Shown here one piece after another: positions 24,883-36,959 of a stretch of 64,000 nt of DNA. The stretch is taken from assembly GCF_001194135.2 (NCBI RefSeq), contig NC_068982.1, positions 60,110,876 to 60,174,875 of the forward strand, in the 5' to 3' direction. Under the pieces are notes generated by a model, which was not told the origin of the DNA, did no database searches, and saw only the letters and a list, made by a program, of their open reading frames with translations. The translations under genes and the position numbers were made by a program. The stretch's first letter is position 1; every line of letters starts with the position of its first letter. The DNA comes from Octopus bimaculoides (taxonomy: Eukaryota).

Positions 24883-25315
24883 GTATTTATTTTTTATTAC
24901 CCATGCGGGCTAACATAGAGGGGACAAAACAAAACATGTGGGACATAAAACATATATAAAAAAAAACAAATGAATGTTATAACGTATGAAGACATGAATA
25001 TGATAAAATGGAAAAGGAACCACTCGTCCCACCCACGAGCGGCCCCATTTTCTACTTTTTGAATCCTGAACCCTCTAACACATCGATACCGGTTTCCTCC
25101 AAAAACCTATCGTATGTTGTAAAGCCTGGGAATGAGATCCAGCTGCAGTCTACCTCCCAAAAACAAAATCCAGCCATATATTCTTGTATTTTTTGCTCTT
25201 GCTTCTTATCTGGTATTACACACAAGTGATGTTCCTCCACGTTATCATACCCCGCAGTTCCAATGCACTTTATGTCCCATTCCACCGAATCCCTTAACAG
25301 TTTGTTGCTAAACAA
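24883..25315 (-). mobile_element. 5'-truncated non-LTR retroelement 3' end with 30-bp TSD
   Basis: Flanked by 24853-24882 and 25316-25345 (27/30 identical); minus strand ends GGGTAATAAAAAAATAAATAC. Confidence 0.65.
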
Positions 25316-27009
25316 CAATGACTGATATCAAACTCCATGGGATCTTCCTTCATCATTTCTCTTCAAAACAAGAAAGTCTGCTTTATGTCTGTATGTCTTT
25401 CATTCTAAGACTTAGGATACTTTAAAATCATTTAACATTATTGTAGAATATATACGAGGTAGAAATCAATAAACATATATATACTCAACTTGTATACTAA
25501 GTTCGTCTTCGGGTAGTCTTCAGTTTTTAAATTGTGTGGGTGGAGGAGTGTGCCGTAAAACTACATGTATAATACATACTTATTTTCATAAGTCACGATT
25601 AAAATTACGATTGCAAAGATTTTCCTCGTCCAGTTTTATCAGGAAAAAGTGCGAATGAGAATTGCAAAAAACGAAATGCGTATACAACACGCACTTTTCA
25701 AAGGGAAGCCACAATGTGCTCGTTTGACATCCAAGTATTAGCAATTAAATCTCCCTCAAATTATGCTGTATCGTTTTCAAATAATAAATTAAAATAATGC
25801 AGAACTAGATGGCCAGTGTTAAAAGACGGGATCATCAAAGCTGGAATACTTTTAACCATCGATTTGCTCAGAGTTGACCTGGGGTTAAACAACAACTTCG
25901 TAGTTATACAGTTTTAAAAAAAAAATAGAGTCAAGAACTACTTTCATACAAGTATTGTGTGTGTGTAACGGAAACTGAAACCGCCGACATCAAACGGCAA
26001 AAAAATACTAATAATACTTAAGCATTAAGAGTGTTTTCTGCAATATTTTATTGTTCTTCTGTCAGAAAATATTACGCTCGTTCAACGATGAAAAAAAAAG
26101 TAAAAAATTCTAAGACAAAAACAATTTAAAATATCATAACTTCTGAACTGTTCTTGAGTTGTGCGATTAAGTAAGCTACTTTAGACATATTAGAACTTCC
26201 CTTTTCTCCAAATATATTTAGAATTGGCAGAACAAAAGTTGCGCCAAAGCAGGAAATGAAAACATTACATATGTGCATAACTATCGCCAAAACACGGTAC
26301 ATATGGCGAAATTACGCTTTTAAAATTCAAGTATCTGTGTGTTGGTGAACTAAATAAATGGAAAAAAAAAAAAGAAAATTGTTTCCATTGGAATTGGTAG
26401 TGATGAATAAAGCAAGAATTTATTCTTCAAATAGTAAGCTCAAAAGCTCAATGTTCGTTTGTACTTTTAGAAACCGATACTGTTCTGTGATTGCTTTTCT
26501 TTATTTTTTCCTTCATTTTGTTTCAAGGAAGACTATAAAGGAAATAGGGTTGTAGAGGAATAAAAGAAGAGAACTGAAAGCAATGTGGTTGACATTTGTA
26601 TGTCTTTTGATTACAAATCTGTCAACCGTAAAGCAAAGACAGCCAAAGGCTTAAAATGGTATATTTCCATATCGACTTCCATCCCGCAAGAACGTCCAAC
26701 ACCACTTCTAATGGTTTCGTAACACGAATGACTAAAGAGAAGAGATAAGCAAGCCATATGCTCATCTTTGAACTTGAATAAATTCTACTAAGAAAAATGT
26801 TTTCCACCAATAAGATTACACATGTATATATAAATATTAAAAAGTGATAGTATTTGTTCAATATCTACGTAATTAATGGAAATAATAATCATTTATTTAT
26901 TCTGTCACTATGGTCTTTTCATGCAAATCACATTTAGCATTAATTTAAAGTTTGTTGGGTAGGAAGAAATATTTTTTCTTTAGATAGAAATGTTGCATTT
27001 GATAACGGT

Positions 27010-27210
27010 TTCTAACTCAGACACAAGGCCAACAGATTTGAAGGCAAGGAATTGTCGATTATATTGACTCTAAGTATTTGTCTATACTTTATCGACCCGG
27101 GAGTGATGAAAAGCAAAGTCAAACTCGGTAGGATGTGAACTCAGAACGTATTGACTGAAACAAATACTGCAAGACATTTTTGGAAACTCAAACGATTTTT
27201 CCAAACGCCT
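27010..27210 (-). mobile_element. SINE family B
   Basis: TATCGACCCGGGAGTGATGAAAAGCAAAGTC...GAACTCAGAACGT. Confidence 0.8.
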
Positions 27211-27214
27211 AAAA

Positions 27215-27544
27215 CAGTGGTGCTCAACCTGGGTCCATATAACCCCTTGAGATCCTTATAAGATTTTTGGGGTTCACGCAAACAAAATGTTAAGCTGGAG
27301 ACCCATAGTAGTATACCAAGTGCCCATGAAAAAATTTGGCTTCAGATTTATTTATTGCGAGAAATAGCCGGATGACCTTTTCTAACGTTTTATACAATTC
27401 TACGTACACAAGTTAATGTATGAAAAACAAAATAAGAATTTTCAAAGAAGTTTTTATAAAACTAGTTTTTGAACAACAATAGAGGTCCGCCAGAATAGAA
27501 TAGTAATCAAAGGGGTCCGTAGATAAAAAATGGTCGAGAACCTG
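27215..27544. mobile_element. hAT-type MITE related to 4425-4697
   Basis: CAGTGGTGCTCAACC ... GGTCGAGAACCTG ends, shared TTTTATACAATTC interior; TSD not evident. Confidence 0.65.
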
Positions 27545-27611
27545 GATACAGCGAACCAGAGAAAATTATTGCAACGGAGAAACAATAATAGTACTTAAGA
27601 CTATGTGATTA

Positions 27612-27800
27612 AGTTAGCTCCGTAACCATGTGCTTTCGAGTTCAATCCCTCTGCGCGGCACCTTGGACAAAGTGTCTTCTACTCTAGCTCCGGATGTATG
27701 TTCACATCTCTGTATCTTAGCGGTTCGGCAAAAGAAAACGAGAGAATAAGTACCTGACTTTAAAAATAAGACTGGTGGTGCCTCAGCATGGTCGTAGTCC
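27612..27800 (+). mobile_element. SINE family A, internally deleted
   Basis: GAGTTCAATCCCTCTGCGCGGCACCTTGGACAAAGTGTCTTCTACT head joined to TTAGCGGTTCGGCAAAAG. Confidence 0.8.
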
Positions 27801-28257
27801 AAGAATAATGAACACGTGTGTGTATAGCTAGCGTCAAAGCGTACTCGAACGAAGAGAAGTGAGAGAAACTGATCTTTTGTTGTTTACGACGGGCCACCTG
27901 GATAAGATGTTAGCTAGACACGTGTAACTCTTTAATGAAAATGAAATCCAGACTCGCCATGCAGCTGCACGAAAAGTAGCTATTTACATTGGTTGAATAT
28001 GGTAGCCCTTACTGCGTATGTTATCTGCCAATGACGTTCTTTTGATTGGAACAAATTTAATGATTAAGATCAGTGGAATTAAAACTATATCAGATGAACC
28101 AAGTTTTCGAAATTCCTCTTTGATCATTTCATACAAAAACCGAGCATACCAATCATTAGTTGGTTTCTAATTGGTGTCAAGACATGTTCTCAATGTTTTA
28201 CATAATCAAAACCATTCAAAGGCTAGTATGACGAGCTGTCCATCACAAACATATACA

Positions 28258-28655
28258 TAGGTGCAGGAGTGGCTGTGTGGTAAGAAGCTTGTTTCCCAAC
28301 CACATGATCCCAGGTTCAGTCCCTCCGTGTGGCAACTTAGGCAAATGTTTTCTGGTGAGTGGATGTGGTGGATGGAAACTGAAAGAAGCCCGTCATATAA
28401 GTATATGTGTGTGTATATGTATGTATATTTATGTATGCATGTCTGTGTGTGTACCCCCGCCATCGCTTGACAACCGATGTTAATGTGTTTATGTCTCCCC
28501 CTTAACTTAGCGGTTCGGCAAAAGAGACCAATAAAATAAGTACCAAGCTTACAAAGAATAAGTCCTGGGGTCGATTTCTTCGACTAAAACCCTTTAAAGC
28601 GGTGCTCCAGCATGGCCGCTGTCAAATGACTGAAACAATTAAAAGAATAAAAGAA
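28258..28655 (+). mobile_element. SINE family A, near-complete
   Basis: Head, internal microsatellite and tail all present. Confidence 0.9.
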
Positions 28656-29069
28656 CAGACGGCTGGAAAAACATCCTATGGGTTTGGATAACGAGGCTAC
28701 AAAAAAGAAGATATTAAACGGATGTTTAAAAAATCCTTCCTACCATCAGAATCTTTTCCAATTTTCGACACTGATGTTAGTTTTGAATGCTGATGACGAA
28801 AATCACCTTCAATTCACTGTGTAAGACGATTTTTGTCCTTGAGCAGCAACTGTTATTTAATATTTGCTTACCCATAGAAAGAATGGAAAATGGTTAATAT
28901 TTCCTTCAAACTTTGCTTTAGTTACATTTATTCAAAACCCCCAAAATTCCTCTCGTCACATGGTTATGATGCTCCCTTACTACTGCTCATGATCCTTCAG
29001 TTAAACTTGTTAAAAAAAAACAAAGTCGCGAGTCTTTCTACATCTGTGTCAAAGGTTAATAACAATAAT

Positions 29070-29660
29070 TGTTTCAAATTTTGGCAAAAAACCAGCAATT
29101 TTAACAGGGATTTTAATCGATCTCAGTTCTTCATTTTATTTATTCTGAAAGGATGAAAGGCAATATTAACTTCGGCGGGATTTGACTTCAGAAAGTAAAG
29201 AGCCGGAAGAAATGCCACTATGCATTATGTCCGACGCACTAACGAAGAAGAAATAAAAATGTTGGGATGCTCACACACACACACACACACGCATTTGTGT
29301 TGATTCACTGAGAAGTGATATATTACAGAACTCAAAAGTATATGTGTGTATGTGTGTGTGTGCGCGCACGTATGTAAATTTATAAAGTATTGCGTTCTGT
29401 AGTCACTTTTGAAAATACTTCGTATACCATGGAAAATATCGTTTTAGAACCAAAATGTTTTCTGATTTAAGCACAAGGACCAAAACTTTGGCTGGGAATC
29501 AATTGATATTATTTACATCAGTATTTGACTGGTACTTTATTTTTATCAGTCAAGAAAGGATGAAAGACAAAGTTCACCACTGCAGGATTTGAACTCAGTT
29601 CGCAAAGAGCCAGAACAAGTATCGCATGATATTTTGTCCGACGTTCTAAGGACTCTGCCA
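29070..29660 (-). mobile_element. Two family B SINE copies (~29070-29240, ~29470-29660)
   Basis: GAAAGGATGAAAG cores and GGATTTGA(A)CT(T)CAG B-box complements. Confidence 0.8.
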
Positions 29661-30179
29661 ATAGAGACACAAAAGGTCTCCTCCTGCAGCATACTCGCTA
29701 TTTGTCATTTGACACCTTCTACTTCAACATTTGGTTGAAACCATATAGCAAACTATATTAGCAAGCTATTTTTTTCATTCTGCTGTGATTGACATAACTT
29801 ATTTCATTAGAAGATTAATTCATTATAATATTAGAATCCGAACTGTATCAAGTTTCGTTCTGTTACGTCAGGATTATTCCTTAATTTATTTATTTATTTA
29901 TTTCATGATGCTTTTCAGAGCAAACAAAATATTTCGAAGAATTCTTTATCAAATAAATGAAATATAGTTATCAAATCTTTATACTCAGAATTTCAATTTG
30001 TATTCTTTACAAATTTTATATCCTTTTGATACTAACCCGCCTAAGACGGTCTCTTGTTTTATAATACAACCTTCCTGTATTAAAGAGATCTACCTTAAAA
30101 CCCTTCATCAAAATATCATGTTAAACTGTGCTTTACGCACCAGCTTGATAATCTCAGTTAACATATTTTAACCATCTTC

Positions 30180-30910
30180 GAGTTCATAAGACAGCAAGAT
30201 AGCAGAATTGTTAGCGCGTAAGACAACGCATTGAGAAATTTCTTCTGGCTCTTTTCCTTCAAATCTCACTGTCGTCAGCTTTTCCTCTCATCCTTTCAGA
30301 GTCGATGAAATAAGGACCAGTTGAGCACTGGGGTCGATATAATTGACTAGCAACCGCTCCCAAAATTTAAATGACTTGTACCAAAATTAGAAATTTGTAC
30401 CAAGGCTGGCAGACTCATGGATGCTTCAGACAAAATACTTTGTGACGTTTATTCCGACATTTTATGTTCTGACTTCACATTCTGCTGTAGGCAATTTCGC
30501 TTTCATCCTTTCGGTGCCTGTGATGTAAAGGAAGAAAAAAGACAGAAGCGAAGAGAGAATTACGGTAGTCTTACCTGTCGGTCTGGAGAAAGGGTCACTT
30601 TCAATATCCACGTGCTGTCACGATTTCCAAGGTTCACTCCACGTCCACGATCCGTTGCTCTACCGTCTCACACGTCCGTTCTGATGTGCTGTTCGCCGCC
30701 GACTGACCCTCGTGCTTCACTGAATGCCGCATGTCCACAGGCCTCCACACAATTCCGGCAGGACATGTCTACTCACTCACTTCCGATCTATAACACAGCC
30801 TGGCTCATAACACCACTGTGCCGATAAAAGGAAGTTCTAGCCAAGTACTAGGGTTGATGTAATCAACTAACCTTCTCACTATAAAACTGTTGGCTTCGTG
30901 CTATTTTTTG
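30180..30910 (+). mobile_element. Two tandem family B SINEs, the second split by an LTR-like insert
   Basis: Core TTTCATCCTTTCGGTGCC stops at 30518 and resumes GTGCCGATAAAA after 30817. Confidence 0.8.
30519..30812 (-). mobile_element. Solo LTR-like element, 294 bp
   Basis: TGTGATG...CATAACA inverted termini, GC-rich, inserted in a SINE; GTGCC duplicated. Confidence 0.65.
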
Positions 30911-31859
30911 AAACAATTACTTTCGAGTGCAAACATCTACATTTCGCGGCTCAGCAGTGTGTCACAAAGCAACGCTTGAGACCTACTGTGAATTTAATCC
31001 CATCGGGTTCGACTTTTCCTGTCATCCTCTCTAGATCGATAAATTAATGTTACCAATATTCAGGAGTCGATTCGCATTAACCCATCCACATCCTCAATAA
31101 ATATATCGCCTCGTGAGCCATTGTATTATATTATTATTAAATTAGAATCGTTGAAATAATACGTTTTCCTATAATGACTGCAACTAGAGATATTGAATAT
31201 CGAGGATATGAAACTGAAAGAAGCAAAAGAAGAGCACCAAGAAACAATATATTGATATTGAAGTAATATTTTATCGTGCACAATTAGAGATTATTCCTTT
31301 TTTTGCTTTAAACACACACACACGTATATATGTATGTACGTACGTATAGATTGCTAGATAGATGAACGTAGTTATCTATCTATTGGTGCGTGTGTGTGTG
31401 CACGTATGTAATATATATATATAATTTATAAACAAAACAAAAATTCCTTTTTGCATAGTACGATGTTTTAATGCCCACAACTTTGCTTTGAACAGTTTCA
31501 ATTATTTAAATATATATTTTTAAAAAGCCTAATTCTTCATATTCCTCGTGTTAATTTTCGTCACACACACACATCGAATTGATGTGTGATAGTTCGCAAT
31601 GATGTAGAATAGTCTGAAAAATAAATTAGCCAATCTGGTAAGGTTTGGCTGAACTATGATTTTAAGTGAAACATACACAATAACTATTGGAGGTAAAGTT
31701 TAAACCGGTAACGCATTTATAGGAAACGGCAACCGATTTGTGGTTAAAGGAGTAACCTGGACACCCATTCCCCCCCCCCGCCCCGCATCCCGAATTGATA
31801 CTAATAATGTCTTAAGATGGTAGCAATAGAATTTCTTGCGAAGGCACAAGGTCATAAAT

Positions 31860-32072
31860 ATTGGTTTCAAATTTTTGCACAAGGCCAGCAATTTTAGGGG
31901 ATGGGGCAAGCCAATTACATCGACCCTAATGCTCAGCTGGTAATTATTTTATTGGCCTCCGAAAGGATGAAAGGCAAATTTAGCCTCGGAGGAATTTGAA
32001 CTCAGAATGTAAAGACGGACGAAATATCACTAATCATTTTGTCCGGTGTGCTAACGATTCTGTCGGTCCGTC
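31860..32072 (-). mobile_element. SINE family B
   Basis: GCACAAGGCCAGCAATTTT tail, CGAAAGGATGAAAGGCAAA core, GAATTTGAACTCAGAAT. Confidence 0.9.
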
Positions 32073-32149
32073 ACTTTACAAGGTCACAAATATTAGAAGA
32101 GTGAGCACGATTAAACAGACCCTAAAATGACGGTCATAGATTACATGGG

Positions 32150-32650
32150 TCATCCCTTCATGTATCTATCGACCATGAGGTCCAGTCTTTGTTACGATAG
32201 GTTGACTTGTATGCTTCAATGACTTTGAGAGTTATGCCAGCAGAGCGTTAGATCCAAGTAGGGCCTTCCGTACTAGACATGTCAAATGATAGAGAACAGA
32301 CTAATATGGGTCATTTCACCTTAGGAATAAAAATAGGTTTGCGTTGGGCCAACACGACTATTAAGAAAAAAAATTAATAAGGGTAGTTACAGAAGCATCG
32401 ACGATAATTCAAAACCTGGAAGAGGAAGGACTTCCCTCAGACGAACACGCCAAGCCCTGACCTGGAACCCACAAGGAAGATGAAAGAAAAGACGCCATAA
32501 AAATAGCTGGGGGCAGGATACTAAGGTAGAGTTGAAAAAGGAAAAAACAAAAAAACAAAACAGGGGTTCAATTGAAGTCCAGAGTCGAGACCAAAGGAGA
32601 AAATTTGCCAAGAGCTTATACTGCATAAGAAGCGAAGGGTTTAATAAAAT
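32150..32650 (+). mobile_element. RTE-clade LINE relic; 3' end clear, upstream part may be its 5'UTR
   Basis: RRTRQALTWNPQGR*KKRRHKNSW matches the RTE C-terminal ALTWNPQGKRKRGRP.NSW motif. Confidence 0.7.
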
Positions 32651-33009
32651 TAATGAATTCGTATATCAATGAATATTTCTTCATGGAAATTTTTTCCATG
32701 AAAGATAAGAAAGAGGTTAAAGACGTGAAGAGCGTTTTAATGTTTGTTACAGTCGAATGTCGAAATGGATAGTAGTGTGTGATTAAAGCTCCCAACCGAA
32801 AAAAGGAAAATGTTGGTAGTACTATAATGCATCAATGGGTTCTTCAAACTAGTCGGTTGTAATTAACTTGGAAAATGCAGGTTATTCTACCAGCTAATGG
32901 ATTAGTCTGCGACTTTCAGAAAAACTGGTGATTTGAAAAAAAAAGATGTTAAAATCAGTGGCAGAAAAACATGACAAAAAAGAAAAGAAAGAGTAAACAA
33001 CGCATATTT

Positions 33010-33440
33010 TGTAGATTTACATTGAAAAACTGGTGTGAGAATGTTCTAATCCATCAGTCGTGGCAGTCTCGTACTTCCGATCTTTATTCTGTTTCACTTC
33101 CTTCCGCAGTATATACATTTCCTAGTCCAAGTTAGCTTGTTCTTAAGATTGAATAAAACCTTCGGTCGCTGCATCTTTGATATCTTCGTACAACACACTT
33201 TTATTCAGTCTGAAGAGATGTAATGGATCCGAAAATCTTCCGGAAAAAACTTGTTGATGAGCCGTCTGAAGAAGATTACAATTATTAGTGAAAAATGTTA
33301 CAAGTGTACATCGAGCAAACAAAAATATTAACCGAATAGCATTTAGCTGTACTTCTAGTTGATTGCGGCGCTAAAGCTTATCAAGTTGTCAAAGAGCGTA
33401 CCTCATTCCAGGAAGCCCTCAATTCTCTAAGGAACATTAA
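33010..33440 (+). mobile_element. gag: Ty3/Gypsy family 2: 186-bp LTR (33010-33195) plus gag N-terminus
   Basis: TGTAG...CAACA; MDPKIFRKKLVDEPSEEDYNY...AYQVVKERTSFQEAL; homologous to minus-strand copy at 38060-38447. Confidence 0.8.
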
Positions 33441-34137
33441 GACAGAATCCCGAACCTGATAAGAATCAGCGTCGGCAGCAATAATGAAAGGAAATCCAGA
33501 GAAGGAATCCATTAAGTATCGAAGTCAAAATACCGTGAGATACGGAAGAAGGAAAAACTGACGTTTCATAACAAGACACAATCCCTTCGATGGAGTGTGT
33601 TCAAGTAATGGCCGCTGATTATTTCAATGCACCCACCTCTTTACCCTTCGCCAAATGGTATATAACCCGAAATGTCAGTACTGTTTCTATTTTTTTACAC
33701 CCCTGGGCAAGTTAAACACACGTCTTCAGATTTACTGAGGAGATTTAATGTGTTCCGATATAAGTTTCTCAGTGGGTGGTGCTAAATTATAGTTTAGTAT
33801 AAAAACATTAACACATCCCACTGCCACCACAAACCTTGTGAGTCATTGGAAGAGGGACAGAGAAACTTCATAAAAAAGGGGAAAAAATGGTTAAAAGTCG
33901 TGCATTTGATATCACACGCGCAGATACGCGTGCATTTACTGATAGTTAGATAGATAGATAGATAGATAGATGTGTGTGTACACACTCATATGCACATACA
34001 GACATACAAATGTCTGTATATACAGCGAGAGAATTCGTTATACAAAGTGTGTCATAAGTTAGCAACTGAGACATGCTAAAATAAATATATGGACTATATC
34101 TATCTACGTCTTTACCCTTTCTATTTATCTATTTGTT

Positions 34138-34183
<46 letters not shown>

Positions 34184-34667
34184 CTAGTGCAATTTTGTTT
34201 TAAGATGCATTTTATGACTTTTGGTGAAGATCTGAAGACTTTAGACTAAACAAAATTTCGCTGAAATAGATATGTGATTTCAGTAAAAGTTTATCTAGCA
34301 ACTAACGTCATCAGTGGATTCTTGAAACTTTGAACTACTATTTATACACGAAGAAATCCATACCCTCGGAGATTACGTTTTTCTTTTTTAGATTATGTGC
34401 GATAACACATTATACTATCACTTATAATAGACTCGAGGAAACGTCAATGAATGCAATGTGTTGATAGATAGAAAAGGAAAAGGGCAAAAACAAATAATAT
34501 TTTTGAAAAAAAAATAACGAAAACAAACATGACTCAAAATGTTTGCATGAGCGTGCCTATGTGTTTGTGCGGTAGTATTTAAGCCATTATTTAAGAATGC
34601 GACTTGTCAAAAGCAATTTAGGAATGGTAAAAAATAATAAAAGCGGAATGATGGAACGAATTATAAA

Positions 34668-35186
34668 CGGTAATGTCTCGATATACGAGTCAATTTGTTC
34701 CCGGAGGCCACTCGTAAAGCGAAAACTCGCAATAATATCCCATAGTAGCAATGTTATAAATTGTAATTCATTCCCAGAAAAAATATTTTACCTGTAAAAT
34801 TTATAATACTAGTAAATAAATGGCACTAAAGCAACAGTAGAATGTAAAGAATGCCAAGATCATTTATAATTTTAAAAAAATATGATAACCGTTTTCTGAA
34901 TCATTTTCACTCGCACTAGACTCGCGAACACCATGCTTGTAGACGCGATCGCCGATTCACAAGTATTCGTAGACGGACTTGTAGATTTCTTTTTGAAAAA
35001 CAAGTCTAGAGTTGTAGCTTAGAAAAAGCTTCTTTTTTTGTTTTGCTCTCTGTAACACGCAGAAGCATATGCTATGGTAGTAGAAACTTTCGTACTTCGT
35101 TCAAAATTTGGATCTTGTACTTCAAAAGTAAAACTCATAAACCCAGGGTCTCGTAAAACGGGTCCTCATAAAATGAGGTATTACTG
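34668..35186. mobile_element. pogo/Tigger-like MITE
   Basis: CGGTAATGTCTCGA ... TGAGGTATTACTG-TA ends; subterminal CTCGTA/TTCGTA motifs. Confidence 0.6.
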
Positions 35187-35274
35187 TATCTACGCTTTAT
35201 AAAAGTCAATGTTTCTTTAAGAAGGTTAAGCACACTTAAATAACAGTATAACTACTAAATAGTTATATTTTTAT

Positions 35275-35745
35275 TCTTTTATTTGTTTGTCATTTGACTG
35301 CAGCCATGCTGGAGCATCACTTTTAGTCGGACAAATCGACTTATTCTTTGTAAGCGTAGTACTTATTCTATCGGTCTCTTTTGCCGAACTGCTATGTTAC
35401 GGGGACGCAAACACACCAACATTGATTGTCAAACGATGATGGGGGTACAAACACAAATACACACACACACATATATATATATATATGTATAACAAAACTG
35501 TCCGATGAACGGGAACGTGAAACTCCGAGTAACAGTTTTTTGTTATATTTTTGTTATATTTCTGCTGTTTTTAAATAAAGCATATTACTCTACCTCTGGT
35601 ATTTGAGTACTCTTTTTTCCACCTTGTTGCACATTTATGTACTTACTCCTGTATATATATGCCAAATCCATTTACAAGGCTTTGGTCGGCCCGAGGCTAT
35701 AGTAGAAGACACTTGCCCAAGGTGCCATGCAGTGGGACTGAACTC
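35275..35745 (-). mobile_element. SINE family A with an unrelated ~150-bp insert (~35490-35650) at its microsatellite
   Basis: Tail and head both match family A; insert GAAACTCCGAGTAACAG...AATAAAGCATATTACTC is foreign. Confidence 0.8.
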
Positions 35746-35786
35746 GGAAGCTATTTACAACACAGTGTGTGTGTTTATATATACAC

Positions 35787-36349
35787 ACGAGGCTGAACCG
35801 AAAAGTTCATAGGCTGACTATGAAGGAGTGATACTAGAGCTGTGGAATTTTGCATACATTCATTTCAATTCTTATCAATAACTGCATTGTTTCTTTCCAG
35901 ATAAATTGATAGCTGTTCAAAATAAGGCTGTAACTAGTAGCGACTTCTTGTGAAAATGGACAAAATTTGGCACCGTGGTGTTATTGAGTGCCTTCCAGAA
36001 AAGGGGTTTAGCCTCCGAGGACATTCATGCGGATATGGTCGCTGCATTAAGGAGATCACCATCCCTACTCTCTTGCTTTGCCTCTATATGACTATCATCT
36101 GTTCCACAACATGAAAGAAACACTTGACTGAGAACCAGTATCACAGTGATGATGACGTCATATCTGCTGGTGATGACTTTTTTGAGTAACAGGTTGAAAG
36201 CGTCTTCACCAAGGGGATCTAAGCACTGCAACACTGATGGAAGAAGTGTGTGTCCCGCAAGAGGGCTTAAGTTGAGAAATAAATCTCATTCGGTCACATT
36301 CCATGAGAGTATGTTGGTCACCCTGCGAACTTTTCAGCCGACTCACGTA
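35787..36349 (+). mobile_element. Internally deleted mariner
   Basis: Degenerate TIRs ending GAAAAGTTC; MDKIWHRGV start fused to HHPYS...DYHLFHNMK...QYHSDDDVISA C-terminus. Confidence 0.85.
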
Positions 36350-36544
36350 TATATGTATGCATTTATATATAGATATAGGTGAATGTGTGTGTGTGTGTGT
36401 GTGTGTACATATTAGCCATAGGATTCGTTAGAATCTAGTTGCATTTACAAGTAGGGCGCTAGAACTGTAGGGTACCATAACAGGGTTCACAGTGAGATAA
36501 AACAACCATGTTGGTAGTATACCGCAGATATGTAGTAATGTAAG

Positions 36545-36575
<31 letters not shown>

Positions 36576-36889
36576 CTGTTTTTAAGGAGGGTCGTAAAAA
36601 CACATGCACTTGTGGTCAACTTCTTTATTTTGTTGATTAGTTTACTAATCAGTTTGTCAGAAATTTCCGTCACACTACAGTGATCTTATCAATGATCTAT
36701 CAATCAGTAACTAATTTTTTTCGTTGTTATGATTGATAGGTTGTCAAGTATGTATGTGGTGACACTTGTGTATGTAATCGTTGTGTTATGATCTTGTTTC
36801 CGTTGTAGACATTTTTATTTTTTTAATTTTCATTGACTTTTATTGGTTGCAGTATAGAAACTGGTGCGTTTAAGGTTTGTAAGTTGTGC

Positions 36890-36930
<41 letters not shown>

Positions 36931-36959
36931 AGGGAAAGGCTTGCAGAAAGTTTATTTGT

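Noticed and set aside
30417-30827. 136-aa plus-strand ORF
   Set aside because: Spans a SINE and the antisense strand of a GC-rich LTR-like insert
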